From NCBI RefSeq assembly GCF_009914755.1, contig NC_060944.1: a stretch of 64,000 nt of DNA. The stretch is one strand, 5' to 3'. This stretch comes from the human T2T-CHM13v2.0 reference genome, Homo sapiens. Within the stretch, counting starts at the first letter, position 1. Each line of letters starts with the position of its first letter. Below are positions 46,923 through 59,121 of this stretch, piece after piece. Under the pieces are notes generated by a model. That model had not been told where the DNA came from and searched no databases. It saw nothing but the letters and a program-made list of their open reading frames with translations. The position numbers and the translations under genes were made by a program.

Positions 46923-48157
46923 AATATGCCTTTCTTTTAAATTGCCAACTAGAGTGTGACAAGAAAGCCTTTGGCCTCTCGTTTGATCAGGTTTCTTGAA
47001 GAAGCTTTTCGTGAAAGATAGAGTGGTAGTTATTTATGTTTCAGAGACTTTTAAAAAATCCATACACAAGTCTTTCAGGATCTTCTCATTCCTTTTTTAG
47101 TTATTTCTTTTAAAAAGTAGTCTGATATCTTACCTTACAGGTTGGAGACCCTGATGGATTCTGCATCGTTTTAGGATTTGCCTCTGATTCTTGCTAGTGT
47201 TCTCTTTTCTGTCATTATGGGGTTTGCCCCGTTTTCTCTAATGTGCTATTCCTGTGTTTTGGTTTTGAGTTCTTGGTTGCATGTGACCTGACTGCTTCTG
47301 GAGACAGTACAGTGCTTGTCGTCTCTCAGCTGCTGCTTCTGTGTCTCAGGAGGGCTGAGGGCTGCCCTCCCTCGGGAGCCTCCGTGCTTCCTCAGGCTTT
47401 GCTCTTTGTTCTGTACCTCTCTTCACGTTACCTTTGGGTGGTGGTTTTCATTCCTGTGCCGCCTGCTTCTGGGCCAGTGATCCAGGTGTCTGGTGACCAC
47501 CCGGGCACAGCTGCTTGGCTGCTGTGGGCACCTCAGCTTCCCATGTCCTGTAGGGAACTCACCCACCGGCCTTGCTCTCCACACCTCTTACTCCTGTGTC
47601 CCCTTTCTCGGGGATGCTGCCCCCTCCTGCTGTCCTGTCCTCTGTTAGGGGTGAATCTTGAATCCATCTTATCTCTTACTCTCCCTCCCTCTCCCAGCTC
47701 AGTCGGGCTCTCACCCTCTGTGACCCACCTCACAACTTCACCTGTTTCATTGCACTTTGCATCCGACCTCGCCTTCATTCCTTAGTTGTCTGGAAATGCT
47801 CCAGGCCTCTGCTGCTTCTCACCTCATTCCCCAGAAACAGTCAGGTTCTGTCTCTTACCAGAGGTAACTGAGCTGCTGCTGGCCTCATAGCTCCTGTCGC
47901 TCTCACTGCGGGTTTGGTTTTCCTCTTATCACAGTGGTCTGAAGTGCTTGGATAGTCTAGGACATCCAGCCCCCTCCCCAGACAGGGACTCCTTAGGGCG
48001 TCTCTGCTCCCAGGCTGGCCTTGGCCCTTCTGGGGTGCTCAGGAAATGGGTATGCTGTGTGTGGGCAGTGGTTGGCTTTAACACTAGTCATCATGTGTAA
48101 GGTGATTTGAATAAGTCTAAGGAAAATTGCACTTATTTTTGGTGTATTTTCTTTCAG

Positions 48158-48208
48158 GGTTATTTTGGAGCTGTTGGAGCACTCCTTGAGCTGTTGAAGA
48201 TCCCGTGA
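48158..48208 (+). CDS. PANK2: PANK2 exon 7, coding part (51 nt)
   Basis: tttcag| GYFGAVGALLELLKIP TGA. Exons sum to 1713 nt = 570 aa + stop. Confidence 0.98.
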   Translation, partial: GYFGAVGALLELLKIP

Positions 48209-48400
48209 TCATTACCTGGGGAGGGGTTCCTGAAACCTTCCACAATGGGATCTGTGGACTTTCATTTTTTTAAGAGACTTACTCAATTTCATGACTGTAC
48301 TACCTGAAACAAAGTGAGAAAGGACAGGTGTATTTTTCTAAGTCATCAAGATAAATCCTTAAGAATTCAGTCTAAATTAGCAACCAGGAAGGAAAAATAT

Positions 48401-48406
48401 ATTAAA
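48401..48406 (+). terminator. Candidate proximal PANK2 poly(A) signal ATTAAA
   Basis: Upstream TGTA at 48296 and 48329; downstream U/GU-rich tract at ~48468-48480. Confidence 0.45.
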
Positions 48407-50064
48407 AACAACAAAAAAGTGGCACATGTCCAGGCAGTGTGAGGATTTGCTGTATATAAGTTGCCTGCTTTGTATTTTTGAAATCTCTGCATCACTCATT
48501 GGAAGTGCTTCTGAAGAGAGCTGCTCTGTGTTCAGTTGACTGGTTTTGTGTCCTGTTTGAACTTGCTGAATGTAAGGCAGGCTACTATGCGTTATAATCT
48601 AATCACAATTTGTCAATATGGTCTTGGCAATCATCTGTGCATTACTCTGGTTTGCATTAAGCCTGTGTGTGAACTTACTGTAAAACATGTTTTATTTCAA
48701 GGTTCTGCAAAATTAATTGGGCAGGTTAATTGTGTACCTGAAACTTAACAAGCAGTTTTTGGAAGGGCAGTTCCACGTTACTTTACACTAAATCCTGGGA
48801 ATGAATGTCTGGAGAGACAGGGCTTCTTTTCTTGGCAGAATTTCCTTGGGTAGTGGGCGGACTGTTCTGATGCAAGTGGGTACACTGGCAGAAGCAGCAC
48901 AATCTGGAGGACTAACATGAGTCAGCAGGGCCACTAGAATTGACACCCCCTCAGGGGATCAGGGAGAATCTGGTTTTTCTTTCAGGCTAAGTAGAAAAGG
49001 AAGAACTGAAGTGTCTGTCAAAGAACTCATGGGGAGTGGGGGGTCCTTCAGGGCACTGTGGCACTTGGGAGGTGAGTCTCAGAAGACTGCCTGAGGAGAG
49101 TGCCAGGCTGCAGGTGCTCTTGGTAGGGGCTGAAGCTTTTCTTTCTGCTTTGCAGAATAATTTCAAAAGCCTTTCCCAAGGAGAGAATGCACCTTTTATA
49201 TCTGAGGTCTTAAGTGGTGCCCATATTGCTGTTGAAGGCAAGGATGGGCCTGTACAAAGCAGCCTTGGACCAGGAGGGAAAACCCCAAGGCTCTGCAGCC
49301 TCCCTGCTCCCCTCCGTTTAAGGCTGTGGTCAGGGAGGGATGGGCAGGGTGCCAGCCGCATGGAGGCAGCAGAGACACCCGTGTTCCAGCTGGGGCAAGG
49401 GGAACTGATATGTGGGCTGTGGGCTGTTCCACTAGGCGTGGCCACCTCTGCACATGGGCCTTGGCACTTAGGAAATATGGGTGCTGCTGCATTGGGACCT
49501 TGTGTGGGTGCAGAGCAGGATGGCTGCTGCGTGGAGGGTAATTTTGTCCCCTGGAGAGTGATTGGTGACCCTCTTCCCTGCTGCTGCTGTTTGCAGGCTC
49601 CTGGCCTATACTACCTCTGACGCCCTGATCCTGAGTTCCTCTGCCCTCCTCTGCTGCCAGCAGCGCTGTTGGTGGCCTCACCCTCCTCCAGTACCCAGGC
49701 ACCAAAGATGGCACCACCATCCTCCTGCTTGTACCACAGGGTGCTGCTCCCTGGGCCAACTCCTGTGAACTTGCTCACTTCCCATGGAGACCGAGGCCAG
49801 GGCCTGCCCCTCTGAGGCCCCTGTTTTGTGGTCCTGCTGCCTCTGCTGTGCTGCGTTCAGGAGGTTGTCCACTGCTCGACGTGGGTCACCATGCAGCCCT
49901 TGCTGTTCCCACAATTTAACAGAAAAGGAAACTGAACGGATGAGTAAGGCTGCCCAGGGTCACTCAGCTGGAAAAGAGTAGAGCTGGACTCAAACCCGGG
50001 ACTGTCTGTCTCTGGTGCCTGAGTTGGGAAGACGCTGTTGATGTCCCCTTCTGCCTCGCTTTGA

Positions 50065-50475
<411 letters not shown>

Positions 50476-51567
50476 TGAATCCCATGCCACCGAATCTGGC
50501 ATTCATTTCACAGCCTCATCTCAGTTCTCACTCAGCAGAGCCCTCTTGCCTGTCCTGCCACCCAGGCTACTAATGTTCTGGTTCATTCTCTGCTGACAGT
50601 TAGCTGTGGCTGTCCTCAGCCTCAGTCCTGGGTCTCCCCAAGCAGTCATTAGCATCACCTTGACTGATTTCCAGGGAACACTTCAACCACCCCTTACCTC
50701 TGAGCTCCAGCCCCGAGACACTGCCTTCTCTCTGCATTTGTTGATCTCTGTGCAGCAGTGCCCACATCCTCATCCCAGCTTACTGCCGTCTCACCACCTT
50801 CAGGTTGTGAGGTGCCCATAAACTCTGCTGTTACCATTGCCACTTCCCTGTCTTAGCAGCTGTCCCTTTCAGTCTGCCCTCCACTAGTGGCCATGAAGGG
50901 GGCTGTGACCGTGGTCCAGGTGAGAAAGGAAGGCCTGAACTAAGATGGGAGGTGGGTGGCCAGAATGGAGAGGGGAGAAGTGGATGGCCAGAATGGAGAG
51001 ATGCTTAGAGGGCTGTGTTGGGAAGTGGTGACTGTATACAGGGGAGGGAGGAGAGATACAAGAGGGCACCTGGGCTCATTTGTGGACTACGTGATTTTGA
51101 GACTCCAAATAAGCACTGGGTATTTGGGTTGGAGATACAGAGCTGAGAATGATATGCATGTAGGTGGGCAAAGCAAGGGGGATTTCATGAGTTCTAAGGT
51201 AGGGTGAGAAAAATAACCGAGAGTTGAGCAGTGACGGAGGAAGCTGCAAAGAAAACGACTGCTCAGGGAGAGGCTGGCCAGGGGCCTGTGGCTCAGGGGA
51301 CTGAGAAGAGGAGCTCTCTAGGCATCTGAATTGAGGTTGCCCACAATTGGTTGCAAGATCGTGGCTGGCCTTGATGGAAGCTGGGAAGCCACTCGGTCCT
51401 AGTGAGGGGTGGTGAGGAGAGCAGCAACGGCCACACAGGAAGGCTTTGGACGTTTTTTCTCCTGACACTAGTTATTTCCAGGCCTGGGATATAGCTAGGG
51501 GCTTGGGGTGGGGGCAACTCTTTGCAGGGTGGTGTGGCCTGTGGAGGAAACAGGCTCAGTTCCACTA

Positions 51568-51879
<312 letters not shown>

Positions 51880-52244
51880 TCCGCTATTTCAGGTCACCCT
51901 GGTGCTGGCGTTCACGTGGAAGACTGCTTATCTGTATCCAGCTGTTTGCAGAGCTCAGGGAGGCCAGGGGGCTTCAGACTCCACTGTACTCTGCATTCCA
52001 GGATTCTCTGTTCTCTGGCTGTGGTGGCCTGACACACTCTTCACCACTGACCCCACCCCCGCTTGCACACTATGCCACAGGAAGGGCAGGGGCTTCCATC
52101 ACAATCACTCAGTACTAGTTACCAGCTCTGATAGAATTACTCACCTTGAGTTTCCAAGTCTTGCTGAAGGTGCTTGCGTAAGTGGCACATGGATGTTCCC
52201 TCTGTTCAAAGGCATATGCACAACACTATTTTTCAAAATTTGCT

Positions 52245-52250
52245 TTTATT
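52245..52250 (-). terminator. Distal RNF24 poly(A) signal AATAAA
   Basis: Minus strand reads GTGTAAATAAAAGC; also forms a Pumilio element TGTAAATA. Confidence 0.7.
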
Positions 52251-53393
52251 TACACGTTTGAGTCAATTACATGCATGTTTTATTTTTGAGGAGTGATTAG
52301 CAAAATGCATTAAAATTTTAAAATAGCAATTAAATATACAAAAATATAGCTTACAAAAAACTGCGAATGTTTAAAAATATTCTGCTGCAGAATTTTTAGT
52401 GTACAAAGACGTCTATGAAACCTGAGGTTCAGCATTTCATAAACCTTTTTTTGAGGGAGTTACACAATACCTAGTGAGGAAACCCGAGGGCCAAACTACA
52501 AGACGAAAAAGTGCCCCGTTCCTGGCAATGATGTCAGAAGACCAAGAGGCGATAGTTACCAGCAACACTCTAGGAAGACCAGCTGTCACCAGAAGGGAGT
52601 TCCTAACACTTGCCACACCTGCTCCCCCGACCGGGGGCCTGGGAGGGAAGGGCAGATGGAGAGGAACGGTGTGCAGTGGGCGTGAGATGCAGATCCACCA
52701 GGCTTGGGACTGGCAAAGGGAGCTGAGAAGAGAGTTCCCCCAAAGCACAAACAAGTCTGCTGACACTGGTGGGGCCCTTACAGTCACAGAAGTAAGGACT
52801 GGATGGTAAGCCAAAGGTGCTGATGCTTGGTCAAAAAGTGGAGTACATCTTTGCATCTTGTAACAATTTGGGCTCTACAGCTGAATTGGCAAAGTAAGGT
52901 TTACTACACAAGCCCCTCTTTTTCTTCTGATATCCCCACTCAAATGGAAGCACACTCCCCAGCACATGGGGATCCCTTATTAATCTTTACTAAAGAACCG
53001 TGAACCAGCATTTTCCAGTTATCAACTGGATATTTAGGCATGAATCTGGACATGTCCATCTGCTTAAGAAATCTGCTTAAGAAATCTGTAACAGCTACAG
53101 GAAAAGACACACCCAGGGCCAGAGATTCTACAAATGCCAGAAGAGTGGATGTGATAGAGAATTTTTTCTCAAGTTTTGGGTTAGGGCACCAGTTGCAATT
53201 TTAATCCAGGGGAGGATCTGGGCTGCTGCTGTAGGGGGCAAGTACACCAGGGAGGTGGGTGTGGACAGAGGCACTGGGCAGCTGCTGGGAAGCGAGGCAC
53301 AAGTCTGTGCCCCTACTCCCAGGGCTGCCTGGAGGAAGCAGCTCTAACTTTCATCAGCGGGGACAAAAATGAACTTAAACTAAAAAAATTATT

Positions 53394-53664
53394 GGCCGGG
53401 CGCAGTGGCTCACGCCTGTAATCCCAGCACTTTGGGAGGTCAAGGCAGGTGCATCACGAGGTCAGGAGATCGAGACCATCCTGGCTAACACGGTGAAACT
53501 CCGTCTGTACTAAAAATACAAAAAATTAGCCGAGCGTGGTGGCGGGCACCTGTTGTCCCAGCTCCCGAGGCGGGAGAATAGCGTGAACCTGGGAGGCGGA
53601 GCTTGCAGTGGGCCAAGATCGTGCCACTGCATTCCAGCCTGGGTGACAGAGCGAGACTCCGTCT

Positions 53665-53703
<39 letters not shown>
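53394..53703 (+). mobile_element. Sense Alu (AluY-like) with ~38-nt A tail
   Basis: gagatcgagaccatcctggctaacacgg diagnostic. Confidence 0.92.
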
Positions 53704-53706
<3 letters not shown>

Positions 53707-53778
53707 TTGGGGTAATTTCTGTTGTCAAATGGAAAACAAGGCATAAAGGGAAAATTCTGTAGGAAGCATTTTCTTTTC

Positions 53779-54078
53779 TTGTGTGTTTTTTTGAGACGGA
53801 GTCTCGCTCTGTTGCCCAGGCTGGAGTGCAGTGGGGATCTTGGCTCACTGCAACTTCTGTCTCCCGGGTTCAATCAATTCTCCTGTCCCAGCCTCCTGAG
53901 TGGCTGGGATTACAGGCATGCGTCACCACACCCGGCAAATTTTTGTATTTTTAGTAGAGGGGGTTTCACCATATTGGTCAGGCTGGTCTTGAACTCTTGA
54001 CCTAAGGTGATCCGCCTGCCTCGGCCTCCCAAAGTGCTGGGATGTTGGGATTACAGGCGTGAGCCATCGCGCCCGACC
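53779..54078 (-). mobile_element. Antisense Alu
   Basis: TSD GAAGCATTTTCTTTTC at 53763-53778 and 54080-54095. Confidence 0.92.
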
Positions 54079-54117
54079 AGAAGCATTTTCTTTTCAAAGT
54101 GTGTGCACAGAGTGAGG

Positions 54118-54330
54118 AGGCCAGCCTGGGCAACATAGTGAGTTGAGACCTGTCTCTACAAAAAAATAATTACGAAAATTAGCCAGGTGTGCTGGTGTGC
54201 ACCTGTAGACGCAGCTACAGACTGAGGCGGGAGGATCACTTGAGTCCAGGAAGTTGAGGCTGCAGTGAGCTACAATGGTGCCACTGCACTCCAGTCTGGG
54301 TAACAAGACCCTGTCTCAACAACAACGAAA
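54118..54330 (+). mobile_element. Partial sense Alu (AluJ-like)
   Basis: Right-arm consensus. Confidence 0.8.
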
Positions 54331-54784
54331 AGTTGGGAGGGAAAGGGAGTAGCTCCATGAACTGACGCTGGACATTCAGGCATATCCACATGAGACTCAC
54401 TGTGCACTTGCTCAGTAGCTAAGATGTCTGCCCCACAAAATAGAAGCCTTCAGTTGCTGCTGCTCAAACTCCTGCATCAAAGACACAAGAGCTTGCCTAA
54501 GTGACCACAACAGTTGCAGCCACACATCACCACTGGTCCTCACTTGGAACTGGCCAAGGTAGGGGAGGGGCCAGCAGCTGTCCAGGCACCTGCAGAGGCT
54601 GCTCAGAGCTGGGAGAGGCCTGTGCCACTGCTGTCAGCTACAGAGCCTGATCTTGAGCATCCTGTCGCAGATAGAAAGTCAACCAGAAAAATCTGGTTGT
54701 GCTCTTGGATTAGCTGGGCATTTGGGGTAAGGGAGGGACTGCAGATTCTGATTTGTACAGAAAACTAAAATTTCAGTATGTTGC

Positions 54785-54790
54785 AATAAA
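54785..54790 (+). terminator. Distal PANK2 poly(A) signal AATAAA
   Basis: TGTA at ~54754; CA at 54809-54810; GU-rich sequence downstream. Confidence 0.7.
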
Positions 54791-56366
54791 ATGAAAATAT
54801 GTCTTACTCAACAGGAGTGTGATTGCAAAAACATCCCCCAATTCTGGGTTCACATTTTGTATTCTGATTTCTGGGATGGCTCTTCCCACATTAGTAGGAG
54901 CGTTCCTTGAATACACTTGTCTGGTATCACATGAGTAGAAAAGGAGAAAAATTATATAGACACACATACACATGTGTGTACATGCATAAATGATCTCTGG
55001 AAGGATACCCAAGGAACAAACCAATAGTAGGTATTCATGGAGTGAGGAGCGGAGCTTGCTAGGCATCAGGAACTCAAGAAAGGCTTTTAACTACTTTATG
55101 ATTTGTGAACCACATGAATGGATTACCTATTCAAAACGTTAAGAAAGAAATATTCAGCACTGAACAACCAAGTCAGAGTTCACTGTGGGCAAAGGCAGAG
55201 ATGACCAAGGAAGAAAGGGGCCAGGTGAACCTGGGCCTCAGGGAAAGCCCCTACAGCTCAGGAAGCTTTTTGGCTGAGGTTCTGTTCCTATCAATCATGA
55301 TGGCAGAGGAGCCCATGTAACCCAGATGATGTTATGTGGTATCAGCAGCCCCCATGACACCAGGCCTGCTGCCTACCAGGCTCTGGGCACCAGCTAACCC
55401 CCACAAGAGGTGCCAGGGACGTTACTACAATCCCTGGGTGGTAGCTAAGGAAGCTAAGGAAGAGACTGAGAGGCTAACCTGCAGAAGGGCCTAAGGCTAG
55501 TGAGTGACAAGAGGTGATTCCATCACTCTCTGCCTGGAGCTCTGGGGATACTGCCCTGGATGTATCTGGATGTATTTCATAATGCCCAAAAAGCCTCTGA
55601 GAAAAATAATTCCTAGTTGTTCAAAGTAGCTTAGAGCGGGATCAGGCCAGGGAGATGACATGATTTTGAAGTGGGGTTGTGAAAAAGGACAAGGCCCGAG
55701 GCTATTTCTCTGATGGATCCAAGGGGCTTGGCACTGGGGAAAAGGATCTTCTTGTCAAGAACAGGGTATCCGGCAATGGTGGGAGGTCCCCTGTATCCCT
55801 CAGCTCAGACCTTCCCAGGGGCCACCTGCCCCTATTTGGCCATTTCTGTCCTGCCTTCCCTGGCTAGGCAAGCATAGGCTTCAAGGACCTTATCTGCCAG
55901 GGACAGGCCTAACCAAATCACACGTGGCAAAGAAAAGCAGCAGATGTCAACTTCCTAGTGTCTGATACTGACCCAACCAGGAATCAAGTCAGGCTGGTTT
56001 TGTTCCCTGTTTCTGAAGGCAGTTGAATTCAGTTGTACCCCTAGCAACTACTAATGGTTCAGCCACCCGTGGAGTCCAGTTGGGGCTGAGTTATGCTCCA
56101 CTAACCCATAGCAGACCAGCAACATTCTATCTTTGAGCTGCTTAAGAAACACACAAAGGATACCAGCCAGTGGTCCAAGAGCAGACCAGAATCCCCACGC
56201 AGCTACACAGTAACAAGTCCCAGCAACTCCTGAAGATAGATGCGGAAAGGGTGACTTTACCATGGGGTTCGAGTCTGAGCCAAGAGAGTTATAAAGGGGT
56301 CCCTAACTCATTCCTTTTTCAAAATAAATAAAAAAAGGACTGTCTTTCAAACAAAAACCCTGCGAT

Positions 56367-56372
56367 TTTAAT
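56367..56372 (-). terminator. Proximal RNF24 poly(A) signal ATTAAA
   Basis: Upstream TGTA (~56415-56418) and downstream U-rich tract (plus-strand A-run 56321-56336). Confidence 0.6.
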
Positions 56373-58982
56373 GAGAATTAAAGGAGGATGTAAATTAAAA
56401 GGCCTGTTTGTCTGTACAGCAATGCAGATGCGCAGGCCCATCCTGGTGGAGGACCCAGATGCAGGGAGCAAATATTCGGGTTGTGTTGCTAAGAGTCGCA
56501 GGAACTACTGCTAGTGATACTAGGCTTGCTGCAGGAGGATGTCACGCTGAGAAAGGGAGATGACTAGGAGCAGAAAAAGTACTCTCACTGTTCCAGCTTC
56601 CAGCCCAATCCTAGCAGAATGAATGCATTTTAAAATCAGTCCACATTCACATGTGCTGAGAAGGTTGTTAGTGGTCCCTCATCTGGGCAAAGCAGACCCA
56701 AGATGGTGCTGAGTGCAGAGTGCAGAGCATTCTTGTGCTCTCCTCTCATGGCTGGAACTATCTGGGCTTTGCGCCCTGGTCCAGTGCTACGTATCAACCC
56801 CCTCAACATGCCTGTGGCTCTGACACGGGGGGATGAATTAACTTGCCTCTGTTCAAATATACAGACTTGGTGAGGCTGTCTTTTGTTAGTACTGATGCAC
56901 AGGGACAGAAAAAGCCTGCAACTTTCAGTTGGGAGAATCCTATAAAAGCTGTGAGCAGCAATAATTTGCAGTATTGATCATAGGAAGGGAAAAAACATTC
57001 TCTTTCCTATTAGAGCCCCATAACAGAGGTGACATCTGTCCCAAGGCCATTCCATGGAAAATGGTGGCTGCTGGCAATTAGTGAGGCTAGTCCAGAAGCA
57101 AGCCTCCTTCTGATATTGGTCACTGAAAACAGCTCACTATAAACGGGGTGTTTTGTGGCATTCAACTCTGTTGTGCTACAAATAGAGAATGCAAAAAGAC
57201 GGTGAAAGTAGGAGTGCATAAATAGTTTTTTTCATGGGTGCCAGACAGGCTAAGGCTTTCATATAAAAATATTCCTCACTTTCCTCGTCCTGTTTAGGAA
57301 GCAGTCCAGTTGGCATACCACGAATAGGTCACACATAGGAAATGGCCTATTTTGACCAACTGGATTTGTAATTTTCCAAACCGGATTCTGTCCAGCACTT
57401 TTCTACACTAATGGAAATTTTCCTCCTCATGCCCAGCCATCTGAACCAAGGACAGGTTCCTTCTCCTAAGAGGACAGAGGTTGGATTCCAGAAAAAAATC
57501 CTGGAGTCATGCCAAGAGCAGAGTAGCAAAGCTCCCTCCATCCATTCTCCATGTCACGCAGACTGTATTCCTAATGAAAAACTTCCCCCACTCACACCTG
57601 TGGGATGGAGTGGAGCAAAGCAGTTGACGAGGAATTGAGGCAGGCGCTCCTAAGATGGAGGGAGGCGGAGAGCAGGGCTGTGGAAAAGAATTTTCCATCT
57701 GACCTGCTACTTTCCATAGCTAATTTATACAATATTCACAAATCTTAATGGACTTTGAGTCATTTCTAGAAAAGTTGGACAGAAAGAGCCAAAGAGCAGC
57801 ATGCGTTTCTCTCCTATAAAGACACTTTCACTTTCAGTTTCGGAAGTCCAAATACTGAGGCACACACCAACGGTGGACAGCCCTGCAGGAGCTTCCTGAA
57901 ACTATCTACAATTCCAAGTGGATCACCAGCTTCAGAATTACACAGGGATCTTATTTGGGATAAAGTGTTAAAAAGTGAATGACAGGCTTTTTTTTTTTTT
58001 TTTTTTTCTGAAGTAGAAAGAGAGATAGGGCAAGAGAGAGAAGAGATGGAAGGAGGGGGAGAGGCCAAAGGGTCGGCATTCCCTTCATCCAGCCGGGCCA
58101 GAAGTATGGGCCATTCTCAAAAAGCCACTGCTCTTTGGAGCCACTCGAGAGGTTCACAGTGGCTCCCTTCTGAGGCAGTGGCAGTGGGCTCACAGCAGCT
58201 ACACTGGAACCACAGTGCACATGTGGGGATGTGGGCAGCCTCCTGGATCACTCAGGGACAGTGTGGACTCAGGGCCCACTCCCTGCTGGGGCTCTGGACG
58301 GGCCTTACTGGTGCATAGGAGAGGGAAATGATAAGAGGAAATGGCTTCTGACTAGGCCTTTCCAAGCGCATCTCATGTTTTCAGCTTAGATGATTTGATA
58401 GCAGGTGTTGTAATCCTGAGGGGGAAATGGGTGACGAGGAACACTGCTACTCAAAGCCAAGATGGCCTTATCAAAGGCATACAACATAAGCCTTGTGGGC
58501 ACTGCCTCACCAACCACTGGTGGCTGGTTGTGCTGGTTTTACTTGGCTCAAGGGCTGCTGGGAAGGTTTGCTGCAACAAAGGCCTGCATGGCCTACAGAG
58601 AAACCCATCCATCCGCAGGTGGGGGTGTGGCTTGAAAGACCTGCTCTTAGTTCCCTTCTTTACCCTCCTGCTTGACATGGAGATGAGGCTCCAGGAGAGA
58701 GAGTGTAATGGAGTTAGTAAGAGACCCTCATGAAGTTTCTTGAGGCAAACCCGCAGGCTCATCCACTCCTCTTCTCTCGGCAGGGGGTAGTGTCAAAGTG
58801 CTTTGGTTGTCACAAGACCCAGACACCTAGGTTCCCAGTTTGGCTGGCCCAAGAGTTCTTCATGAGGCAAAAGAAGTGGCAGCTGGTGTCCTAGGTAGAG
58901 AGCAGCCATACAGACACCACATGTGTTCCTCCTGGCTCCACACAGACGTCGTGTCCAGCAACAGTCTGATCCTTGCGGTAAG

Positions 58983-59121
58983 CTATACAATGTTCTCTGC
59001 CCCAGGAAGGGGCCCCTGAGGGGGTCCACGGTCCTGCTTACTGTGCAACTGGGCCAGCTGTAGAACTGGCATGTTGCACAGGGGACACACTTTACGAACC
59101 TCCAGCCACTTAATAAGGCAC
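58983..59121 (-). CDS. RNF24: RNF24 last coding exon (C-terminal half of RING-H2)
   Basis: Minus strand ctgcag|[22 protein letters not shown]...PGAENIV TAG. Confidence 0.95.

Larger units (their letters stand above)
52230..58982 (-). other. RNF24: RNF24 long 3' UTR
   Basis: Mostly unique sequence after the stop; minus-strand AATAAA at 52245-52250 and 52279-52284; proximal ATTAAA at 56367-56372. Confidence 0.72.

Noticed and set aside
47243-49759. 180-194 aa ORFs in intron 6 and the 3' UTR
   Set aside because: No recognisable domains, mostly non-ATG starts, GC-rich low-complexity sequence.
53058-53088. Short tandem duplications (13-mer here; also ~20306-20345, 40103-40145, 50957-51000, 63355-63403)
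   Set aside because: Two to three copies, ordinary slippage; not a CRISPR-like or periodic array.
53666-53703. Long A-run as a transcript end (also 51855-51879 and the T-run at ~57988-58008)
   Set aside because: Genomic homopolymers that cause oligo-dT internal priming; not true poly(A) sites.
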